Of a stretch of 64,000 nt of DNA, positions 8,353 through 18,200 are shown in pieces. Made by a program: the position numbers and the translations under genes. Source of the stretch: Vicinamibacteria bacterium (GTDB lineage: Bacteria; Acidobacteriota; Vicinamibacteria; Marinacidobacterales; Marinacidobacteraceae); the NCBI GenBank assembly GCA_963668695.2, contig CAXXLQ010000004.1, positions 3,744,001 through 3,808,000 of the forward strand, written 5' to 3'. Position 1 is the stretch's first letter. Every line of letters begins with the position of its first letter. The notes under the pieces were generated by a model that saw only the letters and a list, made by a program, of their open reading frames with translations, was not told where the DNA came from and searched no databases.

Positions 8353-9702
8353 CTAATTCCTATCCCGCCACTTCATGGCGGCAAAAATCCGTCCGCCTTC
8401 GTTGCACAACGTGAGGACATCGGCTTGGTCGAGCGGGCGGCTGTGAGAGAGCGCATTCCGCACCGGCCGAATCCGCCTAAAGGACACCATGACGTCCGCT
8501 CGATCCACAAAAATCGATGCAAAGGCCTCACTCCAATTGCGTTCTTCGCAGATTATTCCGGCAAGATCCATGAAGTCCGCATAGTGAATTGGTGCAAATA
8601 CCGGGCGACGAGCAACACGATCTTCTTCCTGCCGCTTGATCCACCGGTTTCGTATCTTCATCGGTACACGGCTGATCCAACTCTTCTCGCCCGGCACCAT
8701 TGACAACACCTCTGGCACGAAAGAACGAAGGCAGCGCTCCAACGATGTCATCCACTCCCGATACACCGGATCGGCAGTTACTTCCACGTTGGCCGATTCG
8801 ATCGGTTTGGGTAACGGCGGATCCGGCCACTGGAGTTGGATCGTGACCATTGGTATGGCCGCAGTACCCGCATGGACCGGTTCTTCTGGGCGGACGAGAG
8901 CCGTACGGATCCGAACACTCAAGTCGGCACCCGGCGCAGATGCACTGGTTGGCGTCTCCCGTGCCGGATTACGCACCCTCACGCCATCAGCCTGGATCCT
9001 CGCACTACCCCAGCCCGCGGCCACGGGAGCCGCGAACTTCCGGATCTGTTCCCCATTGTGTGCCAACCCGCGGAGGACGCCCGGGTTAATCGCCACACTT
9101 CTCGCGAACTTCTGCACCTGTACTCCGGTGTGTGTCAACCCACGAAGAACATCCGCGTTTCTCGCCACGCTCCCCGCGAACTCAGCACTCAGGCCGACCT
9201 GGATAGCCGGCACGAACGCCGCGAACCTTCGGATCTGTTCCCCAGTGTGTGCCAACCCGCGGAGGACGTCCGGGTCAATCGCCACACTTCTCGCGAACTT
9301 CTGCACCTGTACTCCGGTGTGTGTCAACCCACGAAGAACATCTGCGTTTCTCGCCAAGCGCTTCGCGAACTCGGTAGTCAGGCCGACCTGGATAGCCGAC
9401 AGGGAGGCCGCGAACTGCCGCACCTGTTCTCGAGTGCGCGCTAGTTCACGAAGAGCCTCCTCGTTATCACTCAACGACCTCGCCTGATCGGCGCTCGCGC
9501 CGACTCTAGTTGCCGATGCGGACGCATCCAACTCCTGAAAGCCTGCCAACTCTCGTGCCGCACCATGAAGAGCGCCCGCGTTGCTGATCAGCGCCCTCGC
9601 CAGATCGGCGCTCAGATTGCGGGCAATCGGCTCCTGTGGGAGCCGGGAGGAGTCCCGAGGAGCGACCGGGGCACCCGGTGACGCAGTGCTATTCGATTTC
9701 AT
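8353..9702 (-). CDS. Swt1-like HEPN domain protein with repetitive N-terminal region
   Basis: C-terminal LERCLRSFV...YADFMDLAGII...NW..F...RNALSHSR carries the HEPN R-x4-H motif. Internal 189-bp (63-aa) duplication. Confidence 0.75.
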   Translation of the reverse strand: MKSNSTASPGAPVAPRDSSRLPQEPIARNLSADLARALISNAGALHGAARELAGFQELDASASATRVGASADQARSLSDNEEALRELARTREQVRQFAASLSAIQVGLTTEFAKRLARNADVLRGLTHTGVQVQKFARSVAIDPDVLRGLAHTGEQIRRFAAFVPAIQVGLSAEFAGSVARNADVLRGLTHTGVQVQKFARSVAINPGVLRGLAHNGEQIRKFAAPVAAGWGSARIQADGVRVRNPARETPTSASAPGADLSVRIRTALVRPEEPVHAGTAAIPMVTIQLQWPDPPLPKPIESANVEVTADPVYREWMTSLERCLRSFVPEVLSMVPGEKSWISRVPMKIRNRWIKRQEEDRVARRPVFAPIHYADFMDLAGIICEERNWSEAFASIFVDRADVMVSFRRIRPVRNALSHSRPLDQADVLTLCNEGGRIFAAMKWRDRN

Positions 9703-9704
9703 CC

Positions 9705-10923
9705 TAGTGTCGTGTCACATGTGATATGTCGTATTCCTGATAGCCTTGTCGTCGTCCAACGACGACGAGGAGGTTGGCATGAAACGGTACGTGGTGACTT
9801 TGGAAAAGGAGGAGCGGGAGGAACTCGCGGGGATCACGCGTAAGGGCTCACATCAGTCGCAGAAGGTGATCAACGCGCTGATTCTGCTCAACTGCGACGA
9901 GGGCGAGTTCAACGAGCACCGGGCGCGCGGGGAGGCCATTGCCGAGATCCTGCGCATCAGTGCGCGGAAGGTGGATCGCGTCAAAAAGCGTTTCGTCGAA
10001 GAGGGCATGGAGGCGGCACTCGGCGGGCGGCAGGGTCGCCGTCCCCGCTACCTGCGCAAGGCCGACGGCGAGTTCGAGGCGCGCTTGGTGGCGCTGAGCT
10101 GCGCCGAGCCTCCGCAGGGCCACTCGCAGTGGTCGCTGCGGTTGCTGGCGGATCGCGTCGTGGAGCTCGGCCACATCGACAGCGTGTCGCACGAGACGGT
10201 GCGGCGGGTTCTAAAAAAACGAACTCAAACCGTGGCGGCGGGTCGGCTGGGTGATTCCCCCACAGGGCAGCGCGGACTTCGCGGCAGCGATGGAGAAGGT
10301 TCTCGACGTCTACCGGCGTCCCTACGATGCGGCCTTTCCGGTGGTGTGTATGGACGAGACGCCCCGGCAACTGATCGGCGAGACGCGCGCACCGGTTCCG
10401 GCCGCGCCGGGGCGACCGGCGCGCGAAGACTACGAGTACCGACGCTGTGGAACCTGCAACGTGTTCATGGCGACACAACCCCTGGCCGGGCGGCGCATGA
10501 CCCAGGTGACCGCGCGACGAACCAAAACCGACTGGGCGCACTTCCTCAACGACATCGCCGCGCGCCTCCCCGGCGCCAAGAGGATCACGCTGGTGATGGA
10601 CAACCTGAACACCCACCGCCCCGGCGCCCTCTACGAAGCCTTTCCTCCGGCCGAGGCCAAGGCCCTGTGGGACCGCTTCGAGTTCGTCTACACACCCAAG
10701 CACGGCAGTTGGCTCAACGTCGCCGAGGTCGAACTCAGCGTCATGATCCGTCAGTGCCTCAACCGCCGGATCGACTCCATCGACATCCTACGCGACGAGG
10801 TCGCCGCCTGGCAGGCGTCCCGAGACCGCGTCCAGGCCAAGGTCAACTGGCAGTTCACTACCGACGACGCCCGCATCAAGCTCAAACGCCTCTATCCGAC
10901 ACTTGATGAATGACACGACACTA
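9705..10923 (+). mobile_element. IS630-family insertion sequence, apparently intact
   Basis: Ends TAGTGTCGTGTCA / TGACACGACACTA, with a TA target duplication inside CTAG. Confidence 0.93.
9779..10913 (+). CDS. IS630 transposase, two ORFs joined by a probable -1 frameshift at CTAAAAAAAC (~10211-10220)
   Basis: HTH part (WSLRLLA...SHETVRRVLKK) continues in the -1 frame as NELKPW. DDE part has VVCMDE, VMDNLNTH and YTPKHGSWLNVAE. Confidence 0.92.
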
Positions 10924-11325
10924 GGACTGAACCACAACATATGGCGGTATGCAAGCCGTGGCACCACAACCGGTAGTAGGCCGGGCCGGCTGTGCTGGCT
11001 ACCGCATCCGTGTTCCGGCAGGGCTCGGGGCGCACGGGGTTCGGTGGGTGTTCGCCAGGAGGCGACCGGATCCGCCGCATTCCGGGCCCCTTTACTTTCG
11101 GACGACGACTTGGCGCCAGAAGATCAACGGGCCCTTCAGTGTTGGCAGTTCACCGCCCTGTCAAGGGGAGACCCGGCCGGAGGAAACGGGACTCCTGTCC
11201 GACCGGCGGTCCAGGAGAATGCAATGGGCGCGCCGAGGCTTGAACCCGGTGCTCCCGGCTCCCCGCTCGTCTGCCTACCGCGAGCAATGCTGGTCTGGAG
11301 TCGGCGGTCCCTCCCCGCTCCGCCG

Positions 11326-12396
11326 TCAGCGCTGAGGGGCTTCCCAGGCGCGGACGCGGCGGCGGGCGGCGTCGAAGAGCCGTTCGTAGTTGCCCATCCG
11401 GACCTGATGGCTCGCGGCCGGATCGAGCTCGTCGAGAAGCGGCTTCCAGACCTCAAGGGCGCCCAGATAGGCGGCAGCGTCCTTCGCCACCACCGAATCC
11501 GAACCGATGATGAACCGGTCCGGCCAGGCGTTCACGAGGGCGACCCAGGCCGCGCGCGTTTCCTCCGCCCCAACGATCTGCTCGGCCACCACGTCCCAGG
11601 ACAGATCGAAGTAGAGGTGGTCGAGGCTGTCGTCCCGCAGGATCTCCTCCAGCAGCTCGACGTAGTCGGGGGTCGGCTCGACGAAGCGGCCGATGCCGGC
11701 GTGGGCCCAGACGATCGTCGTCCCCGGATGCCGCCGGACCACCTCCACGAAGGCGTCGAGATGCGTCGGCCGCTCTCCCTCGCGCGGAAGGATCACGTCC
11801 GCGTCGTTGTGGATCAGGGTCAGGAGCCCGACCTCCCCCGCGAACTCGAGGATCCGGTCGAGTGCCGGATTACGAAGGCTCGCACCGTGCCCCACCGTCT
11901 TGGGAGACACCACCTCCTTATGGATGGAAAACTCCCCGATTCCTGAAAACACGCCCGGATAGAGGCGGAGCACCCGGCGAATGTGATCCGTCGCGTACAT
12001 GTCGGTCGGATTGAACCCGGTGATCATGGGATCGAAGCGCGCCCGCTGCTCCGCGGGCAGTGCGAGAACCGCCTCCGCCACTGTCGCATCCACGAACGGG
12101 TAGTAGTAGAGCGCCGCGTCCGAACGCAGGTAGTAGTCGGGGGCGCGGTCGCCCGACTCGAACCAGTCCCACTTCTGCTGGAGGGGAATGCCCATCAGCG
12201 CCGCGCGGCCGACCCGGTCGCCCATCAACCCGAGAAACTCGGGCAGCGCCGTCTCGCGCTGGATGTAGTCCGTGGGGTGGTAGTGGGCGTCGTAGAAACC
12301 GTTGTCCGGCGGCTGTGCCGAGGCGACGCTGGCTGACACGAACAGGGCCGCGCCAAGGAAACGGATCCGCCGAGAACCTCCGCGGGAGCGGGACAT
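11326..12396 (-). CDS. Secreted amidohydrolase-superfamily protein (resembles the ATP-independent 5-oxoprolinase-like group)
   Basis: Signal peptide. Metal-binding motifs DAHYH, GIGEFSIHKE, LIHND, WAHAG and IGSD. Confidence 0.8.
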   Translation of the reverse strand: MSRSRGGSRRIRFLGAALFVSASVASAQPPDNGFYDAHYHPTDYIQRETALPEFLGLMGDRVGRAALMGIPLQQKWDWFESGDRAPDYYLRSDAALYYYPFVDATVAEAVLALPAEQRARFDPMITGFNPTDMYATDHIRRVLRLYPGVFSGIGEFSIHKEVVSPKTVGHGASLRNPALDRILEFAGEVGLLTLIHNDADVILPREGERPTHLDAFVEVVRRHPGTTIVWAHAGIGRFVEPTPDYVELLEEILRDDSLDHLYFDLSWDVVAEQIVGAEETRAAWVALVNAWPDRFIIGSDSVVAKDAAAYLGALEVWKPLLDELDPAASHQVRMGNYERLFDAARRRVRAWEAPQR

Positions 12397-12444
12397 CTCT
12401 GGAAGCGTACCCCCGGGCTACCGAAACGGATAGCCTTGCTTCTG

Positions 12445-13350
12445 ATGGTTTCCGAAGCACCGCGACTGCTGGTCGCCGGGGAGACTTTTGAGGATCTCAT
12501 CTTCGCCGGCCTGCCCCGGCTCCCCCGGCCCGGTGAGGAGATCCGGACGAGCGCGTTTCGTCGCACCTTCGGGGGCGGCGCGCTCATCGGGGCGGCCTGG
12601 GCGCGCTCCGAGGGGCTGGAAGTGGACATCCTGTCGGCCCTGCCCCCCCGGATTGGGCGGGTCCTCGAAGCTGAAGGCATCGGCTACCGGAATCTCCGCC
12701 GACCCAGGGAACCGCATGCGATCACGGCCTGCCTCTCATTCGGTGCGGAGCGCAGCTTCGCTACTTTCACCGGAACGAACCCGAAGCTCGAAGAGCGGAT
12801 CTACGTCAACTTGCACCGTAAGGGATCCACGGCGTCCTTCGCCGCAGTGTTCTTGGCAATGCCCCCGTGCGTCTGTCCCGCGTGGACGGAAGCGCAACGG
12901 CTGATGCGGAATGTATCCGGAAAGGCCGAGGTGTTCTGGGATTTCGGCTACGACGAAGACCTCCCGCTGCGGGAGGGCTTCGGCGACTTGTTGGCGAGCG
13001 CAGCGGGGATCTTCGTGAACCTTCAGGAGTCCCGCTTGTACGATGGCCCGGACGGCTTACTGCGCCGGGCCGCCGACGCCGGCACCCTCGTCGTTGTGAA
13101 GCGGGGCGCCGACGGCGCCGAGGCGTTCGGGCAGCCCGAAACCCGGGTCGCCGCCCCAATTCCCTTACTCGGTGTCCGCGACACCACAGGAGCCGGGGAC
13201 GCGTTCGCCGCCGGCTTTCTGGCCAGCCGGCTGCACGGTGGCACGCTGGCCGAACAGCTCACCGCGGGTAACGTCTGCGGCGCTCGCTCCGTCCAATATC
13301 TGGGCGGACTACCCGCCCGGCCGTGGTGGCGAGAACGGCGAGAAGATTGA
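12445..13350 (+). CDS. PfkB-family carbohydrate kinase
   Basis: FGGGA, VVKRGADGA and DTTGAGDAFAAGF signature. Confidence 0.9.
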   Translation: MVSEAPRLLVAGETFEDLIFAGLPRLPRPGEEIRTSAFRRTFGGGALIGAAWARSEGLEVDILSALPPRIGRVLEAEGIGYRNLRRPREPHAITACLSFGAERSFATFTGTNPKLEERIYVNLHRKGSTASFAAVFLAMPPCVCPAWTEAQRLMRNVSGKAEVFWDFGYDEDLPLREGFGDLLASAAGIFVNLQESRLYDGPDGLLRRAADAGTLVVVKRGADGAEAFGQPETRVAAPIPLLGVRDTTGAGDAFAAGFLASRLHGGTLAEQLTAGNVCGARSVQYLGGLPARPWWRERRED

Positions 13351-14690
13351 AGGTAAGTATCCTGGGTGGCGGTGGCTCGCGTACACCCCTGCTGGCTCGC
13401 GCGCTTGCCGGAAGCCGTCTCGGAGTTCGCGAGTTGGCGCTCTATGACACGAACCGGAAACGCTTGGCGGCGATCGCTCAGGTCGTCCGGGCCATCGCTC
13501 CGAGGATCCGGCTACGCGTAACGCACGACCCGGGAGTTGCGGTGCGCGGGTGCCGATTCGTGATTGCCGCCATTCGAGCCGGCGGGCAGGAGGCGCGCTC
13601 CCACGACGAGCAGCTGTGCGTCGCGGCGCGAGTCCTCGGGCAGGAAACCGTGGGCGCGGCAGGCGCGGCGCTCGCCATGCGAAACATCCCACCCATGGTG
13701 CGCCTCGCCAGGATCATGGAGCGTGAGGCGCCCGGGGCGACTCTCATCAACTACACGAACCCGGCGGGAATGGTCACCGAGGCGCTCCTCAACGAGACCT
13801 CAATCGACGTAATCGGAATCTGCGACACACCCGCCGAACTGACCCACCGCGTTGCGGACCTGCTCTACCTCGATCGCGCCGCCTGTTCCGTGGCTTGGTC
13901 AGGGATCAACCATTTGGGGTGGCTTACCGGGCTTTACGAGGCGGATCCAACCGGTCCCCTCCCACCGGAGAACCACCTCGAAGACCTGTTCCGCGACCCG
14001 GGCCGCTTAGTGCGGGTGTACCCGAACCATCTCTTCGAGGCCTCCGAAATGGTGGGAGCAATCCCCTCGGAATACGTCTACCTACACCTCCACGCCCAGC
14101 GGGCCGTCCTTCGCACCCGCGCCGCTGGAACGACTCGGGGCGCTTCGATTCTCAGTCTGGAGGGGACGCTCTTCTCCGCGCTCGAGGCGGCCGCCGGGGA
14201 CCGACAAAGAGCCCACTCGAGCTACTGGGACTTCATCAACGCCCGTAGCGCATCGTACTTTCAGATCGAGACCCGGGGGGACGTGCGACCGGCTGGCAGG
14301 GTGCCCCGCGATCGTGGTCCTACGGGCTACGACCGCATCGGCCTCGCGGTCATGAAGGCGCTGGCCGGAGACGAACCCGTGAGAATGGTCGTTAACACCC
14401 GGAACCGTACCGCTTCCGGCGGCCTGGTGGTGCCGGAACTGCTCGGTGAGGATGTCGTCGAGGTGGCGGCCCAGGTGGGAAGCGATGGAGTCTCCGCGGT
14501 TCCCCAGCCTCCGTTACCGGTGGCGGCAGGCAACCTCCTGCGCCGGGTCAAAGAAACGGAGCGGGAGTTCGTCCGGGCAGCCCTGGCCCGGGATCCCGGG
14601 ATCGCCGCCGAAGCGCTTCGTGAACATCCGGCCGGCGGGGCGGCGGCGGCGCGCATCTTCGGCCAGCTCCAGGCGACAGGGCACGACTGA
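13347..14690 (+). CDS. Glycoside hydrolase family 4 (6-phospho-beta-glucosidase-like)
   Basis: TTG start overlaps the kinase stop. ILGGGGSRTP, IRAGG, GQETVG, INYTNPAGMVT, GICD, GINH. Confidence 0.9.
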   Translation: MKVSILGGGGSRTPLLARALAGSRLGVRELALYDTNRKRLAAIAQVVRAIAPRIRLRVTHDPGVAVRGCRFVIAAIRAGGQEARSHDEQLCVAARVLGQETVGAAGAALAMRNIPPMVRLARIMEREAPGATLINYTNPAGMVTEALLNETSIDVIGICDTPAELTHRVADLLYLDRAACSVAWSGINHLGWLTGLYEADPTGPLPPENHLEDLFRDPGRLVRVYPNHLFEASEMVGAIPSEYVYLHLHAQRAVLRTRAAGTTRGASILSLEGTLFSALEAAAGDRQRAHSSYWDFINARSASYFQIETRGDVRPAGRVPRDRGPTGYDRIGLAVMKALAGDEPVRMVVNTRNRTASGGLVVPELLGEDVVEVAAQVGSDGVSAVPQPPLPVAAGNLLRRVKETEREFVRAALARDPGIAAEALREHPAGGAAAARIFGQLQATGHD

Positions 14691-14859
14691 AAACAGGTTC
14701 GCTTCCCAGGGCGTCAACCGCGGACTCTTACCCGCATCCCCTCGGTTTCCCAATAGGCCCTCGGAGCCTCGTTCCGGCTTGCGCCCCTTCCCTCGCGAGA
14801 AGGGCGACGACAGCCTCCTCGGGAGCGGAGCCACAATGTCATCCCTCGGTTGTCGTTAC

Positions 14860-15190
14860 CACGATCAGCAACATCAGGCCCAGATCGAGAATCCTGGGAT
14901 CGGGTGGCCTCTCGCGCGAACCAGCCTGCCGCGTGCTTCAGGATTTCGCGGTCCTGTCGCAGGCGGCGGATCTCGCGCTTCGCAACGCTCAGATCGGAGA
15001 CATCCGTTTCTTGTCCGCGCGGCGGGAGGTTGTCGGCAAACTCCGCTCCCGCCAGCCAGTTCCTGAATGGTCTGCGCGTTGGGTCGGAACTGCCGGGCCA
15101 GTTCCCCGGGGTGCTCCCGCTGCGCACGCGATCAATCTTTCGCCTCCGAAGTTCAACAATATTTGGAGACGCGCTTGGTCGCGATGATTG
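14860..15190 (-). pseudogene. Degenerate IS3-family OrfA (HTH) remnant
   Basis: Frameshifted ...ELARQFRPNAQTI / NWLAGAE...EIRRLRQDREILKHAAGWFARE, homologous to the ORF at 30905. Confidence 0.7.
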
Positions 15191-15298
15191 TGATCCTCCT
15201 TTGCTCCTTCATGGGGCCCATCTCCCGGCGAACCCGGGAGATGGGCGATTAGGTTGCGCGACGCTACCCCAGTAGCAGATCGCCAGCTGCGCCGAGGG

Positions 15299-18200
15299 TC
15301 ACCGGAGGTGCCCCCGGATCACGAAGGCGTGGTCCGGCCCGGTGAAAGATCCCAGGCGGCGGCTTCCTTCGACGCTGAGTTGTAGCGACGAACCCAGTTG
15401 CAGGCGGCTGCCCAGCCGGAAGGCGCGGCTCGCGTCTTCCTGGAGGGCCACGCCGGCATACGGGGTCAGTGACCCGATTGCGAACCCACCGAATCCGTAG
15501 CCGACTTCCCCTTCGAGGCGCGCGCTGCCACCCGCGGCGAACTGGGTGCCTGGGACCAGCGGGGAACGTCCGTTCCACAACCGGTTCACGCCGCTCAGGG
15601 CTTGCCCGTGCGAAGAGGCGAGCGAGAGGGACAGCCCTCGGCGATCGTCGCCTGGGTCGATCCGCACCGTGCCGCCGATTCCCCACTCCCGGTACGCCTT
15701 GTCCTGGTGCACCGCCAAGGTGCGGCCGGTCAGCTCGACGCTCAGTCCACGGGTCGGATGCCGGTAGCGGAACCCGGAGCCCACTTCGAGACCTAGTCCG
15801 GTCTCCGCATCACCAGCGTCATACCGGAGCCCGGCTTCCAGGATCGGCGTGATCTCGCCGCCCCAGAGCGATCCGAGCCGCCAGGAGCCTTCCGCCAGGA
15901 CCCGGCCGCGTGAAACGAGGCCCGTACTGGCAGGGCGCACCGCCGTAGCGCCGGCATCGACCCGCGTCCAGAACATATCCGCCTTCAGGGCCAGTTGGAG
16001 ACGGCTGCCGCCCATTCCCGGCCAGAGGTTCCCGCGAGCTCCGATCGCCCCCAGGCGCATGGAAAGGTCGCTCTTGCCGTCTTCGGCAGCCAGGGACATC
16101 GTCCCGATCCCGTAACCTCCGAGGCCCCATACGGAAACCCGCTCGCCGAGCGGGACACTCACGTAAGGACTCAGGATTGAGATCCGGCTGTCCGCGACAC
16201 CGGCCCGGGTCGAGCCGTTCCGTTCCGAGCCGGCGACCTCGAACCCGCCAGTGCCCAGGCTGTTCGAGAGGGCGAATCCCGCCAGCGTCCGACCGCGCCG
16301 GTAGTCCATTCCGACGGTCGTGGTGAAAACGTCGCCGTTCACCGAGATGCCATCCTCTTCGCCGGCGAAGCGAAGGGTCGCTCCTCGGCCCCAGAATGCC
16401 CAGCCCCGGGGCTGCTGCCCGGAATCGGCTCCCGGCTGGACCAGGAACGCACCCCGCTCGAGCAGTTCGCGCCCGTCGAGACCGAAGAGTCCGTTCGCCC
16501 GCTCTCTCACGTCGCTCCAACTCTGTCCGAGAGTGTCCCGCGAGGCGACCTGGAACAGGGTCGGCATCGGATCAAGCCCGAGCGATAGGCGGCTTCCGCG
16601 TGAGCCGTCGTCCATCCGGTCCTCAACGGACTCCATCACCTGGGTCGCCACGCTCCGGCCGAAGCGCGTGATCCACATGCGCGCCGCACGTTCGTTCCCG
16701 TCGTCGTCCTCGATCGTCCCGATGCACGTGATGGTGCCGATTCCGGCCTCCCGCGGGTTGTTGAGCGACACCAAGAAGGTCTCCTCGGCTTCGTCGAACG
16801 CATCGTCCACCAGCGGCACCGCCAGAATCGCGGTCGTGGCACCCGCCGGGATGACGAATTCGGCTCGCCGCCCTTCATAGTCCTCTCCGGCGAGCGCCTC
16901 AGCGTCGGTGGTCCAGTAGGAGTAGCGGAGATCCCGCCCGGCCACGGCCTCGAGGGTCGCCGAGAACCCGATCGTTCCTGCGTTCTCAGAAGCGCGGGCA
17001 TCCTCCATCCGCAAACTGGGTTCGACATCGTCGTCCTCGATGGTCCCCACGGCGCGCGGGACCTCCACAATGGCGTTCGCCGGAGCGCTCAGGGCCAGCT
17101 CGAACGTCTCGTCGGCCTCGTCCAACTCGTCGTCGAGCAGCCGCACCGCAATCCGCTTCGACAGCTCTCCAGGAAGGAACTCGACGGTTCCCGAGGCGCC
17201 CTCGAAGTCCTCGCCGTCCCCTGCCGTCAGTTCGGACGTCCGGTAGTCAACCCTGACCGACCGGCCGCTCCTAACGTTCAGCCATACCTGGAAGGCCAGC
17301 TCACCGTTGTCTTCGGCAGCGCTTTCGTCGGCGGTGTGGAGCGTCGGAAGCGCGTCGTCGTCTTCGATCGTCCCCTCAGCTTCGCCATCCGCCACAACGG
17401 CGTTGCGGACGTTCGTTACGGCGAGCACGAAGGTCTCGTCGTCCTCGTCCAAGCTGTCGTTCGACACGCGCACCCGGACGGTATGGATCTGCCGGCCAGG
17501 GCTGATTTGGAAGACCGCCTCCACCGGCTCGTAGTCCTGGCCCGCGGTGGCGGTGACATCGGAAGTCGCGATGCGGCCCTCGATTACCTGCACGCTCGGC
17601 GCGGAAAGGCTCACGGCGAACTCAAGCCATCCCGCCGACTCGGAAGCGTGTTCGTCGGCGATCCTGAGTTCCGGGTCATCGTCATCCATAATGGTTCCCA
17701 CGGCGATATCGTCGGCGATCTCTCCCGCCGAGGCGCCGAAAAGCACCACTTGGAAGCGCTCGTCGAACTCATCGAGCAGGTCGTCCCGAAGGTGGACCGT
17801 GATCCGTCCCGAGGTCTGCCCGGAGGGGATGACAAGCGTCCCGAAGGCTCTCAGGTAGTCGACGTCCTCGTCGGCGGATTTCGGACCGAACGCCAGCGGC
17901 TGCGTCCCCCAGTCCACCGCGATCGATGCGGACGGAGCCTTGTCCAGGCGCACAGAGAATCGCATGATTCCTGCGCCTTCGCGGGCACGAGAATCCAGAA
18001 TCCGGATCTCGGTCGGCACGACCGGGGGCTCGATGTCTCCGTCGTCGTCAGTCAGCCTCAGCGTGGCCGGCTCCACGGCGAAGCCGGACGCCGTCCCATG
18101 CACGGTGATCCTCTCCGCGTCCTCCGCAATCTGGTCGTCGATCGGGGTCAGCGTGAAGCTTCCGCTGCCACGCCGGGATCCCGCCGGGATCGTGACCACA

